This document shows positions 44,131 to 59,412 of a stretch of 64,000 nt of DNA, piece after piece. This DNA comes from the human T2T-CHM13v2.0 reference genome, Homo sapiens: assembly GCF_009914755.1 (NCBI RefSeq), contig NC_060940.1; one strand, written 5' to 3'. Each line of letters opens with the position of its first letter. Position 1 is the first letter of the stretch. A program made the translations under genes and the position numbers. The notes below the pieces were generated by a model. It made no database searches. It was not told where the DNA came from and saw nothing but the letters and a program-made list of their open reading frames with translations.

Positions 44131-44617
44131 ATTCCATTCTATGATACCATTCGATTCCATTCAATGATGATTCCACTCAAATCCATTGGATGATTCCATT
44201 CGTGTCCATTCGGTGATTTCATTAGATTCCATTCGAGGATGATTCCATTCGATTCCATTCGATGATTCCATTCAATTCCATTCGATGATGATTCCATTCC
44301 AGTCCATATGATCATTCCATTTGATTTCATTCGATGATGATTCCATTCGATTCCATTCGATGATTCCATTCTATTCCATTCGATGATGATTCCATTCGAG
44401 TCCATTCGATGATTCCATTCGAGTCCATTTAATGATTCCATTGGGTTCAATTCAATGATGATTACATTGGATTCCGTTCTATGATTCCATTCAATTCCTT
44501 TCATTGACAATTTGATTCCATTCGATGATGATTCAATTTGAGTTCATTCGATGATTCTATTCGATTCTCTTCGATGGTGATTCAATTCTATTATATTGGA
44601 TGATTCCATTCGATTCC

Positions 44618-47600
44618 ATTTGATGTTGATTCAATTCGATTCTATTCGATGATGATTCCATTGGATTTCACTTGATGATTCTATTCGATTCCATTCAATG
44701 ATGATTCACTTCTCGTCCATTGGATGATTCCATTTCATTCCATTCGATGATGATTTCCTTCGATTCCATGCGACGGTGAGCAATTCGATTCAATTCCATG
44801 ATGATTCTATTTGATTCAATTAGATGATGTTTCCATTCGAATCCATTCCATGATTATTCCATTGGAATCCATTCGGCGATGATTCCATATGAGTCAATTC
44901 AATGATGATTCCATATGGGTCCGTTCGATGATAATTCCATTTGATTTCATTCAATGCTTCTATTCTATTCCAGTCGATGATGATTCCATTGGAGTCCATA
45001 CGATGATTCCATTTGATTTCATTTGATGATGATTCCATTCGATGATGATTACATTGGATTCCATTCTATGATTCCATTCAATTCCATTCGTTGATGATTC
45101 GATTCCATTCAATGATGATTCCATTTGAGTTCATTCGATGATTCTATTCGATTCCGTTCGATGGTGATTCAATTCTATTATATTGGATGATTCCACTCGA
45201 TTCCATTTGATGATTATTCCATTGGAGTCCACTTAGTGAATCCTTTAGATTCTACTCGAAGATGATTCCATTCGAGTCCATTCAATGATAGCATTCAATT
45301 TCATTCGTTGATGCTTCCATTCAAGTGCATTCGATGATATCATTCGATTCCATTTGATGATAATTCCATTTGATTCCATGCGATGATTCTATTCGATTCC
45401 ATTCAATGATAATTCCATTCAATTCAGTGATTCCTCTGGACTCCATTTGATGATGATACCATTCAATGATTCCATTCGATTCTATTCGAAAATGATTCCA
45501 TTTGAATCCATTTGATGATGATTCCATTAGATTCCATTTGATGATTCCATTCGATTGCATTTGACGATGATTCCATTCGATTCCATTTGATGATTCCATT
45601 CTATTCTATTCGATGATGATTCCATTCGATTCCATTTGATGATGATTGGATTCGATTCCATTTGATGATTTCATTTGATTCCATTCGTTAATGATTTCGA
45701 TCAACTCCATTCGATGATTCCATTTGATTCCATTCGATAATGATTACATCCGAGTCCATTCGATGATTCCATTTGAGTCCGTTCGATAATTCCATTTGAG
45801 TCCAATCAATGATTCCATTCATTTCCATTCAATGATTCCATTCGAGTCCATTTGATCATTCTGGTAGGGTCCGTTCGATGTTGATTCCATTGGAGTGCAT
45901 TCGATGATTCCATTCGAGTCCATTTTATGATTTGATTCGAGTCCTTTCGATGATTCCATTCGATTCCACTCGATGATGATTTCATTCGAGTCCATTCGAC
46001 ACTTCCAATCGATTCCATTTGATGTTTCCATTTGAGTCCAATTGATGATTCCATTCAATTCCATTCGATGATGATTCCGTACGATTCCATTCTGTGATGA
46101 TTCCATGTGATTGCATTCAATGATGATTCCTTTCGACTGCATTTGATTATGATTCATTTCGTGTTCATTCTATGGTTCCACAGGTTTCCATTCGATGACG
46201 TTTCCGTTCGTGTCCATTCCATTATTCCATTCTATTTCATTTGATGATGATTCCATTCGATTCCATTCATTGGTGATTCCACTCAATTCCATTCAATGAT
46301 TCCATTCCATTTCTTTCAACAATGATTCCATTACTTTCTATTCGATGATCCACTTGATTCCATTTGGCGATGATTCCATTCGTGTCCATTCGATGATTCC
46401 ATTTGATTCCATATGATGATGATTCCATTCGATTCCATACCATGATGATTCCATTCGAGTCCATTCAATGGTGATTCCATTCAATTCCATTCGATGATTC
46501 CTTCCGATTCCATTCGATGATGATGGCATTCGATTCCTTTCAATCATTCCCTTTGATTCCATTCAAAGGTGATTTCATTCAAGTCCATTCGATAATTGCA
46601 TTCGATTCCATTCTATGATGATTCCATTCGAGTCCATTTGATGATTCCATTCAATTCAAGTCAATGATGATTCCATTTAATTCCACTCGATGATTCCATT
46701 GGATTCAATTCGATGATGATTCCATTCAAATCCATTCGATAATTCAATTCAAGTCCATTCGATGATGATTCCAATCGAATCCATTCAAAGATTCCATTCA
46801 ATTCCATTCGATGATGATTCCCTTAGATTCCATTCGATGATTCCACTTGATTCCATTTACGATGATTCCATTCGATTCCATGTGATGAATCCATTCAATT
46901 CTATTCAATGATGTTTCCATTTGATTCCATTGGACCATGATTGCCTTTGATTCCATTCAATGATTCCATTCGGTTCCATTTGATGATGATTCCGTTCGAT
47001 TCCATTTCATTATTCCATTTGATTCCATTGGATGAGTCCATTCGATTACATTCGATGATTATTCCATTCGAGTGCATTAGATGATTGCATTCGAGTCCAT
47101 TCGATGATTCCATTCGATTCCATTCGATGTTGATTCTGTTCAAATCCATTCGATGATTCCACTCGATTCCATTCGATGACTCCATTTGATCCCATTCGAT
47201 GATTTCCTGTGATTCCCTTTGATGATCATTCTATTTGATTCAATTCGGTGATTTCATTTCATTCCATTCAGTGATGTTTCCATTCGACTGTATTCGATGA
47301 TGATTCCATTCGACTCCATTCGATTATGATTTCATTCAATTCCATTCAATAATGATTCCCTTCGAGTCCATTCGATGATTCCATTCGATTCCATTCAACG
47401 ATGATTTGATTCGTTTCCATTCGATGATTCCATTTGATTCCACTTGATGATGATTCCATTCGAGTCCATTTGATGATTCCATTCGAGTCTATTTATGTAT
47501 TATATTCGTGTCCGCTTCATGATTCCATTCAATTCCATTTAATGTTGATTCCATTTGATTCCATTTGATGATTCAGTTCGATTCCTTGCAATGATTCCCT

Positions 47601-50600
47601 ACGATTCCTTTCTCTGATGATTCCATTCGATTCCATTCATTGATGATTTCATTCGACTCCATTCGATGATGATTCCTTTCGATTCCATTTGACGATGTTT
47701 CCATTCGAGTCCATTCGATGATGATTCTATTCAATTCTGTTCTATTATGATTCCATTCGATTTCATTCAATGCTTCTATTTGATTCCATTCGATGATGAT
47801 TCCATCTCTTTCCCTTCGATGATTCCATTTGATTCCATTCAGTGATGATTCCATTTGATTCCATCTGATGATGATTTCACTTGATTCCTTTCAATGATGA
47901 TTCAATTCAAGTCCATTCGATGATTCCATTGGAGTCCAAACGATCATTCCGTTCGATTCCATTCAATGGTGATTCCATTCATGTCCATTCGATGAATCCA
48001 TTCAATTCCATTCGATGATGACTCCATTCGAGTACATTCGATGATTCCATTTGATTCCATTTGAAGATGATTCCATTCAATTCCATTCGAAGATGATTCC
48101 ATTCAATTCCATTCGATGATGATTCCGTATGAATCCATTCTCTGATTATTCCATTCGATTCCATTCATTGACGATTCCATTCAATTCCATTCAATGATGA
48201 TTCTCTTCTATTCCATTCGATGATTCCGGTCGATTCCATTCGATGATGATTCCATTAGATTCCATTCGATTGTTGCATTCGATTCCCTTCGATGATGATT
48301 CCTTTGAATTCCATTCGATTATCATTCCGTATGAATCCATTTGATGATTATTCCATTGGATTCCTTTCGATGATGATTCCATTCGATTCCATTTGATGAT
48401 GTTTCTCTTGTATTCCATTGGATAATTCCTTTCAGTTCCCTTCGATGATTATTCTTTCGAGTCAATTCGATGATTCTATTCCATTCCCTTCGATGATGAT
48501 TCCATTTCACTCCATTTGATGATTCCATTCGACTCAATTTGGTGATGATTCAATTCGATGACATTCGATGACTCCATTCAATTTCATTTGATGATGATTA
48601 CATTCGAGTCCATTTGATGATTGTATTCCTTTCCTTTTGATGATTATTCCATGCGTGTCTATTCAAAGGTTCCATTCTATTCCATTCAATGATGATTGCA
48701 TTTGATTCCATTCAATGATTATGGCTATCGATTCCACTCGTTGATTCCATTTGATTCCGTTCGATGATTATTCCGTTAGATTCCATTAGAAGATTCCATT
48801 CGATTTTATTCAATGATTCCAATGGATTCCATTCAATGATGATTCCATTCGACTCCATTCAGTGATTCCATTCGAGTCCATTTGATGATTCCATTCCTTT
48901 CCATTTGATGATGATTCCATTAGGGTCCATTCAATGATTCCATTCGAGTCCATTCGTTAATGCCTTTCGAGTCCTTTTGATCACTACATTCGAGTCCATT
49001 CAATGATTCTATTCGATTCCATTCCATGATGATTCCATTCGAGTTCATTCGATGATTGCATTCGAGTCCATTTGATGATTCCATATGATTCCATTCGACA
49101 ATGATTCCATTCGTGTCCATTTGATGATTCCATTCATTTCCTATCGATGAAGATTCCATTCAAGTGTATTCGATGATTCCATTCAAATCCATTCGATGAT
49201 GATTCCATTCCAGTCCATTCGATCATTCCACTTGATTCCATTTGATGACTATTCCATTCAAATCCATTTGATGATTCCATTCGATTCCATTCGATGTTAC
49301 CATTCGAGTATATATGATGATTCCACTCGATTCCATTTGATGATTATTCCATTGGAGTCCACTTAGTGAATCCTTTAGATTCTACTGGAAGATGATTCCA
49401 TTCGAGTCCATTCGATGATACCATTCAATTCCATTCGTTGATGCTTCCATTCAAGTGCATTCGATGATATCATTCGATTCCATTTGATGATAATTCCATT
49501 TGATTCCATGCGATGATTCTATTCGATTCCATTCAATGATAATTCCATTCAATTCAGTGATTCCTCTGGACTCCATTTGATGATGATTCCATTCAATGAT
49601 TCCATTCGATTCTATTCGAAAATGATTCCATTTGAATCCATTTGATGATGATTCCATTGGATTCCATTTGATGATTCCATTCGATTCCATTCGATGATGA
49701 TTCCATTCGATTCCTTTTGATGAATCCATTCTATTGTATTCGATGATGATTCCATTCGATTCCATTCGATGATGATTGGATTCGATTCCATTTGATGATT
49801 TCATTTGATTCCATTCGATAAGGATTTCGATCAACTCCATTCAATGATTCCATTCGATTCCATTCGATAATGATTACATCCGAGTCCATTCGATGATTCC
49901 ATTTGAGCCCGTTAGATAATTCCATTTGAGTCCAATCAATGATTCCATTCATTTCCATTCAATGATTCCATTCGAGTCCATTTGATCATTCCGGTAGGGT
50001 CCGTTCGATGTTGATTCCATTGGAGTGCCTTCGATGATTCCATTCGAGTCCATTTTATGATTTGATTCGAGTCCTTTCGATGATTCCATTCGATTCCACT
50101 CGATGATTTCATTCGAGTCCATTCGACACTTCCAATCGATTCCATTTGATGTTTCCATTCGATTCCAATTGATGATTCCATTCAATTCCATTCGATGATG
50201 ATTCCGTACGATTCCATTCTGTGATGATTCCATGTGATTGCATTCAATGATGATTCCTTTCGATTGCATTCGATTATGATTCATTTCGTGTTCATTCTAT
50301 GGTTCCACAGGTTTCCATTCGATGATGTTTCCATTCGTGTCCATTCCATTATTCCATTCTATTCCATTTGAAGATGATTCCATTCGATTCCATTCATTGG
50401 TGATTCCACTCAATTCCATTCAATGATTCCATTCCATTTCTTTCAACAATGATTCCATTAGTTTCTATTCGATGATCCACTTGATTCCATTTGACGATGA
50501 TTCCATTCATGTCCATTCGATGATTCCATTTGATTCCATATGATGATGATTCCATTCGATTCCATACGATGATGATTCCATTCGAGTCCATTCAATGGTG

Positions 50601-51128
50601 ATTCCATTCAATTCCATTCGATGATTCCTTTCGATTCCATTCAATGATGATGGCATTCGATTCCTTTCGATCATTCCCTTTGATTCCATTCAAAGGTGAT
50701 TTCATTCAAGTCCATTCGATAATTGCATTCGATTCCATTCTATGATGATTCCATTCGAGTCCATTTGATGATTCCATTCAATTCAAGTCAATGATGATTC
50801 CATTCGATTCCACTCGATGATTCCATTGGATTCCATTCGATGATGATTCCATTCAAATCCATTCGATAATTCAATTCAAGTCCATTCGATGATGATTCCA
50901 ATCGAATCCATTCAAAGATTCCACTCAATTCCATTCGATGATGATTCCCTTAGATTCCATTCGATGATTCCACTTGATTCCATTTACGATGATTCCATTC
51001 GATTCCACGTGATGATTCCATTCAATTCTATTCAATGATGTTTCCACTTGATTCCATTCGAACATGATTGCCTTTGATTCCATTCAATGATTCCATACGG
51101 TTCCATTTGATGATGATTCCATTCGAGT
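44618..51128 (+). repeat. Copy of window 1-~6534 (B end, A, B start) at offset 44594 (44617 before a 23-bp deletion near 44755)
   Basis: ORF pairs 226/44820, 727/45321, 1225/45819, 2307/46901, 3385/47979, 4326/48920, 4857/49451, 5355/49949 and 5800/50394 all share offset 44594. Confidence 0.92.
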
Positions 51129-52342
51129 CCATTCGATGATTCCATTAGAGTACATTTAATGATTGCTTTGTTTTCAATTCGAAGATGATTACATTGGATT
51201 CCATTCTATGATACCATTCGATTCCATTCAATGATGATTCCACTCAAATCCATTGGATGATTCCATTCGTGTCCATTCGGTGATTTCATTAGATTCCATT
51301 CGAGGATGATTCCATTCGATTCCATTCGATGATTCCATTCAATTCCATTCGATGATGATTCCATTCCAGTCCATATGATCATTCCATTTGATTTCATTCG
51401 ATGATGATTCCATTCGATTCCATTCGATGATTCCATTCAATTCCATTCTCCGATGATTTCTTTTGAGCCCATTCAATGCTTCCACTCGATTCCATATGAT
51501 GATGACTCCATTTGATGAAATTCCATGATGATTCCATTCGCTTGCATTCGATGATGATTCCACTTGAGTCCGTTAGAAGATTCTATTCAATTACATTCCA
51601 TGACGATTCTGTTCGAGTCCATTTGATGATTCCATTAGACTCCATTCGACGATGATTCCATTCGATGTTATTCGATGATGATTCCATTCAACTCCATTCG
51701 ATGTTTCCATTCGAGTTCATTCTATTATTCCATTAGATTCCATTCGATGATGATTCCATTCGATTCCATTTGATGATTGCATTCTATTTCATTTGATGAT
51801 GATTCCATTCGAGTCCATTCGATGATTCCATTCGAGTCCATTTAATGAATCCATTGGTTTCAATTCTATGATGATTACATTGGATTCCATTCGTTGATGA
51901 TTTCATTCGATTCCATTCAATGATGATTCCATTCAATTCCATTCAATGATTCCATTCAATTCCATACGATGATGATTCCATTTGATTTGATTCGACAGTG
52001 AGCCATTCGATTCAATTCCATGATGATTCTATTTGATTCAATTGGTTGACATTTCCATTCGATTCCATTCGATGATGATTCCATTTGATTCCATTCAAAC
52101 ATGATTCCATTCTAGCCCATTCAATCATTCCATTCGATTCTATTCAATGATGATTCCATTCATGTCGATTTGGTGATTCCATTTGACTTCATTTGATGAT
52201 GATTCCTTTCAAGTTCATTAGATGATTCCATTCGATTCCATTTGATGATGATCCCATTCGAGTCCATTCAGTGATTCCACTCGTTTCCATTCCATGATGA
52301 TTCCATTCCATTCCATTCAATGATTCCATTCAATTCCGTTTG

Positions 52343-55300
52343 ATGATGATTCCATTAGAGTCCATTTAATGATTCCATTTGATTCCAGTCTCTGATGTTT
52401 ACATTCGAGTCCATACGATGATTCCACTCAATTCCATATGATGATGATTCCATTCGATTCCATTCGATGATTCCATTCTATTCTATTCAATGGTGATTCC
52501 ATTCGAGTACATTAGATGATTCCATTCGATTCCATTCAATGATGATTCTACTTGTGTCCCTTAGATGATTCCACATGATTCCATTAGATGATGATACTAT
52601 TTGAGCCCATCCAATGATTCCCTTCGATTCCATTCGATGAGGATTCCATTCGATTCAATTCATTGGTGATTCTATTCAATTCAATTCTTTGATTCCATTC
52701 CATTCCATTCGACAATGATTCCATTCGATTTCTTTCGATGATTCCACTCGATTTCACTTGACATTGATTCCATTCGATTCCATTCAATGATTCCATTTGA
52801 TTCCAGTGGATGATTATTGCCGTCGATTCCATTCGATCACTCCATTCTGTTCCATTTGATGATGATTACATTCGATTCCATTTGATGATTCCATCTGATT
52901 CTATTCGAGGATTCCATTTGATTCCATTCGATGATGATTCCATTCGAGTCCATTCGATGGTTTCATTCGAGTACATCCAATGATTCCATTCGAGTCCATT
53001 TGATGATTCCATTTCATTCCATTTGATTATGATTCTACTAGAGTCCATTCAATGACTCCATTCGAGTCCATTCAACAGTTCCATCCGAGTCCATTCGATG
53101 ATTCCATTCGATTCCATTTGATGATTCCATTCGAGTCCATTTAATCATTACAGTCGAGTCCATTTGGTGATTCCACTGGATTTCTTTTGATAATGATACC
53201 ATTCAATTACATTTGATGATGATCCCATTCAATTTCATTTGATGATGATTCCATTAGAGTCCATTCCCTGATTTCATTCGAGTCCCTTCATTGATTCCAT
53301 CCGATTTCATTTCATGATGACTCCATTCGAGTCCATTCGATGATTCCACTCGATTCCTTTAGATGATTCCATTGGAGTCCATTTGATTGTTCCATTCGAT
53401 TCCATTCGATTCCTTTCGAAGATTATTCCATTTGAGTCCATTCGATGATGATTCCATTCCATTCCATTCGATGATTCCGTTTGATTCCATTCGATGATTC
53501 CCTGCGATTCCTTTCTATGATGATTCCATTCCATTCCATTCAATGATTCCATTCGAATGTATTCCATGATGATTCCTTTCGATTCCATTCGCTGATGTTT
53601 CCGTTCAATTCCATTCGATGATGATTCCATTCGATTCCATTCATTGAGGATTCCATTGGATTCCATTCAATGATGATTCCATTCTATTCCATTCAATGAT
53701 TGCATTCAATTCCATTCAATGATTATGCCATTAGAGTAAATTCAACGATTCCATTCAATACCATTCGATGATGATTCCTTTTGAGTCCATTCAATGATTT
53801 CATTCAAGTCCATTTGATGATTCCTTTCAATTCCATTCCATGATGATTCCATTCGAGTCCATTCGATGATTCCATTCGATTGCATTCGATGATTCCATTA
53901 TATTCCATTCAACGATGATTCCATTCGAGTCCATTCGATGATTCCATTAGAGTACATTTAATGATTGCTTTGTTTTCAATTCGAAGATGATTACATTGGA
54001 TTCCATTCTATGATTCCATTCGATTGCATTCATTGATGATTCCACCCAATTCCATTCGATGATGATTCCATTCGATTTCAATGATTCTACTCGATTCCAT
54101 TCAATGATGATTCAATTCTATTCCGTTTGATGATTCCATTAGATTCCATTCTATGATGATTCCATTCGAGTCCATTCGAAGATTTCATTCGATTACATTC
54201 CATGACGATTCCATTCGAGTCCATTCGATGATTCCATTTGAATCCATTCGACGATGATTCCATTTGATGCTATCCGATGATTCCATTGGATTCCATTCGA
54301 TGATGATTCCATTCGACTTGATTTGATGTTTCTATTTGAGTCCATTCGGTTATTTTATTAGACTACATTCGATGATGATTCCATTCGATGCCATTCAATG
54401 ATTCCATTTGATTCCACTCAATGATGATTGCATTCGTGTCCATTCGATGATTCCATTTGGTTCCATTTGATGATGATTCCATTCGAGTCCATTCGATGAT
54501 ACCATTCAATTCCATTCGATGATCATTCCATTCGAATCCATTTGATGATTCCACTCAATTCCATTTGATGACTCCTTTCATTCCCATTCGATGATTCCCT
54601 TCAGTTCCAATTGGATGATCTTTCCATTTGATTCAATATGGTGACTCCATTCTATTATATTCAATGATGATTCCATTCGACTCCATTAGATGATGACTCC
54701 ATTCCATTCCATTCGATTGTGATTTCATTCGATTCCATTCGAAGATGATTCCATTCGAGTCCATTTGATGATTCCATTCGATTCCATTCAATGATGATTC
54801 CACTCAAATCCATTGGATGATTCCATTCGTTTCCAATTGGTGATTTCATTAGATTCCATTCGAGGATGATTCTATTCGAGTCCATTCAATGATTCCATTG
54901 GATTCCGTTTGATAATGATTCCATTAGAGTTCATTCGATGATTCCCTTCGAGTCCATTCGATTATTTCTTTTGATTCCATTTGATGATGATTCCATTCGA
55001 TTCCATTCAATGATTCCATTCCATTCCATTCGATGATGATTCCATTCGATAATGATTACATTCGAGCCCATGTGATGATTCCATTAGATTCTATTCAATG
55101 ATGATTCCATTCGACCACATTCGATGATGGCATTCGAGTCCATTCGATGATTTCACTCGATTCCACTTGATGATGATTCCTTTTGAGTCCATTTGATGAT
55201 TACATTCGAGTCCATGAGATGACTCCATTCGATTCCATTTCATGATGATGCAATTCGAGGCTATTCGATCATCCCATTTTAGTGCATTCGGTGATTCTCT

Positions 55301-58300
55301 TTTATTACATTCGATGAGGGCTCCATTCGAGTCCATTCAATGATTCCATTAGATTCCACTCGATGATGATTCCATTTGAGTCCATTCAAAGATTCCTTTC
55401 GAGTCCATTCGATAATTCTATTGGATTCCACTAGGTGATGATTCCTTTCGAGTCAATTCGATGATTCCTTTCAAGTGCCTTCAATGATTCCATTCGATTC
55501 CATTCGATGACGATTCATTTCAAGTCCATTCAATGGTTCCATTCTGTTGAATTTGATGGTTCCATTTGATTCCATTCGATGATGATTCCATTCGTGTCCA
55601 TTGGATGATTCCATTCGATTCCTTTCGAGGAAGATTCCATTCGACTCCATTCGATGATTCCGTTCGATTCCATTCCATGATGATTCCATTTGATTCCATT
55701 CCATGATTCCATTCGATACCATTCGATGATGATTCCATTCGACTCCATTTGATGAATCCATTCAATGCTTCCATTCGAGTCCATTCGATGATTCCATTCG
55801 ATTCCATTCCATGAAGATTCCATTCGAGTACATTTGATGATTCCATTTAATTCCATAGGATGATGATTCTATTAGGGTCCGTTGACTATTCCATTCAATT
55901 CCATTCGAAGACTCCATTCGAGTCCACTCGATGATTCTATTTGATTCCATTTGATAATTCCATTCGATTCCATTTGATGTTGATTCCATTCGAGTCCATT
56001 CGATCATTATTACATTTGATTCTATTCGATGATTCCATTCGATTCCATTTGATGAGGATTCCATTCGAGACCATTTGATGATTCCATTCAATTCCATTGG
56101 ATGATTCCAATATTTTCCATTAGATGATGATTCCATTCGATTCCATTCAATGATGATTCCATCAGAATCCATTCGATGATGACTCCTTTTGCTTCCATTC
56201 AATGATCATTACATTCGGTTCCATTCGATGATGATTCCTTTGGATTCCATTCGATGATGCTTCCATTCGATTCCATTTGATGATGATTCTTTTCGATTCC
56301 ATTTGATGATGATTCCATTTGATTCCATTCGATGGTGATTCCATTTGATGATTCCATTCGATTGTATTCGATGATGATTCCACTCGATTCTATTTGATGA
56401 TGACTGCATTCGATTCCATTTGATGATTCCATTTGATTCCATTCGATGATGATTCTGATCAATTGCATTCGATGATCCATTCGATTCCATTTGATGGTTC
56501 CATTTGATTCCATTTGATAATGATTCCTTTCGAGTCCATTCGATGATTCCATTTGCGGATATTCGATAATTCCATTTGAGTCCAACCGATGATTCCATTC
56601 GAGGCCATTCAATCATTCTTTTTGAGTCCTTTCGATAAAGATTCCATTTTAGTCCATTCAATAATTCCACTGGAGTCCATTCGATGATTGCTTTTAATTC
56701 CATTCGATGATATTCCATTCGAGTCCATTCGATGATTCCATTCGTTGCTATTAGATGATGATTCCATTCATGACCATTTGGTGATTCCATTCGATTTCAT
56801 TCGTTGATGATTCCATTCGAGTCCATTCCATGATTCCATTCAAGTCCATTTGATGATTTCTTTGAATTCAATTCGATGATGATTCCATTCGAGTCCATTC
56901 GATGATTCCATTCAGTTCCATTCGATGATGATTCCTTTCGAGACCATATGATGATTCCATTTGATTTCATTCGATGATGATTCCATTCGATTCCATTCGA
57001 TGATTCCATTCTATTCCATTCGATGATGATTCCATTCGAGTCCATTTAATGATTCCATTGGGTTCAATTCAATGATGATTACATTGGATTCTCTTCTATG
57101 ATACCATTCAATTCCGTTCATTGACAATTTGATTCCATTCGATGATGATTCCATTTGAGTTCATTCGATGATTCTATTCGATTCTCTTCGATGGTGATTC
57201 AATTCTATTATATTGGATGATTCCATTCGATTCCATTTGATGTTGATTCAATTCGATTCTATTCGATGATGATTCCATTGGATTTCATTTGATGATTCTA
57301 TTCGATTCCATTCAATGATGATTCACTTCTCGTCCATTGGATGATTCCATTTCATTCCATTCGATGATGATTCCATTCGATTCCATTCGATGATTCCATT
57401 TGATTCCATTCGACGGTGAGCAATTCGATTCAATTCCATGATGATTCTATTTGATTCAGTTAGATGATGTTTCCATTCGAATCCATTCCATGATTATTCC
57501 ATTGGAATCCATTCGGCGATGATTCCATATGAGTCAATTCAATGATGCTTCCATATGGGTCAGTTCGATGATAATTCCATTTGATTTCATTCGATGCTTC
57601 TATTCAATTCCAGTCGATGATGATTCCGTTGGAGTCCATACGATGACTCCATTTGATTTCATTTGATGATGATTCCATTCGATTCCATTCGATGACTCCA
57701 TTCTGTTCCATTCGATGATGATTCCATTCGAGTCCATTCGATGATTCCATTCGAGTCCATTTCATGATTCCATTGGGTTCAATTCGATGATGATTACACT
57801 GGATTCCATTCTATGATTCCATTCAATTCCATTCGTTGATGATTCGATTCCATTCAATGATGATTCCATTTGAGTTCATTCGATGATTCTATTCGATTCC
57901 GTTCGATGGTGATTCAATTCTATTATATTGGATGATTCCATTCGATTCCATTTGATGATGATTCCATTCGATTCCATTCGATGATGATTCCATTTGATTC
58001 CATTTGATGTTGATTCTATTCGATTCTATTCAATGATGATTCCATTCGATTTCATTTGATGATTCTATTCGATTCCTTTCGATGATTCTATTCCATTCCA
58101 TTCGATGATGATTCAATTCTCTTCCATTGGATGATTCCATTTTATTCCATTCGACGATGACTCCATTTGATTCCATTCAATGATGATTCCATTCGATTCC
58201 ATTCGGTGATTCCATTTGATTCCATTCGACGGTGAGCAATTTGATTCAATTCCATAATGATTCTATTTGATTCAATTAGATGATGTTTCCATTCGAATCC

Positions 58301-59412
58301 ATTCGGTGATGATTCCATTGGTATCCATTCGACGATGATTCCATATGAGTCAATTCGATGATGATTCCATACGAGTCCGTTGGATGATAATTCCATTTGA
58401 TTTCATTCATTCCTTCTATTCGATTCCACTTGATGATGATTCCATCTGAATCCATTCTCCGATTCCATTCGATTTCATTCGATGCTTCTATTTGATTTCA
58501 TTCGAAGATGATTCCTTTCAATTCCGTTCATTAATTCCATTTGATTCCATTCGATGATGATTCCATCCGATTCCATTGGATGATGATTCCATTCGAGTCC
58601 ATTCGATGATTCCGTTCTAATCCATTCTATGATTCCATTCGAGTCCATTCGATGATTCCATTCGATTCCATTCAGTGATGATTCCATTTGATTCCATCTG
58701 ATGATGATTTCATTTGATTCCATTCGATGATGATTCCATTGGAGTCCATTGAATGATTCAATTCAATTCCATTCCATGTGGATTCCATTCGAATTCATTC
58801 GATTATTCCATTCAAATCCCTTCGTTGATTCCATCTGATTCCACTTGACGATGATTCCATTCAAGTCCAATCGATGATTCCATTCGGTTCCATTCAATGA
58901 TTCCATTCGAGTCCATTTATGTATTATATTCGTGTCCACTTGATGACTCCATTCAATTCCATTTAATGATGATTCCATTTGATTCCATTTGATGATTCAG
59001 TTCGATTCCTTACAATGATTCCCTACGATTCCTTTCTATGATGATTCCATTCGATTCCATTCATTGATGATTCCATTCGACTCCATTCAATGATGATTCC
59101 TTTCGATTCCATTTGACGATGTTTCCATTTGAGTCCATTCGATGATGATTCCATTGGTATCCATTCGACGATGATTCCATATGAGTCAATTCGATGATGA
59201 TTCCATACGAGTCCGTTGGATGATAATTCCATTTGATTTCATTCAATCCTTCTATTCGATTCCATTTGATGATGATTCCATCTGAATCCATTCTCCGATT
59301 CCATTCGATTTCATTCGATGCTTCTATTTGATTTCATTCGAAGATGATTCCTTTCAATTCCATTCATTAATTCCATTTGATTCCATTCGATGATGATTCC
59401 ATCCGATTCCAT
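52343..59412 (+). repeat. ~7.07-kb block, copy 2 of 28961-36030
   Basis: Same ORF barcodes, plus rare k-mers (gatgagggctcc, ccactaggtg, ccaatattttcc, ttgcggatattcg) shared only with copy 1. Confidence 0.92.
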
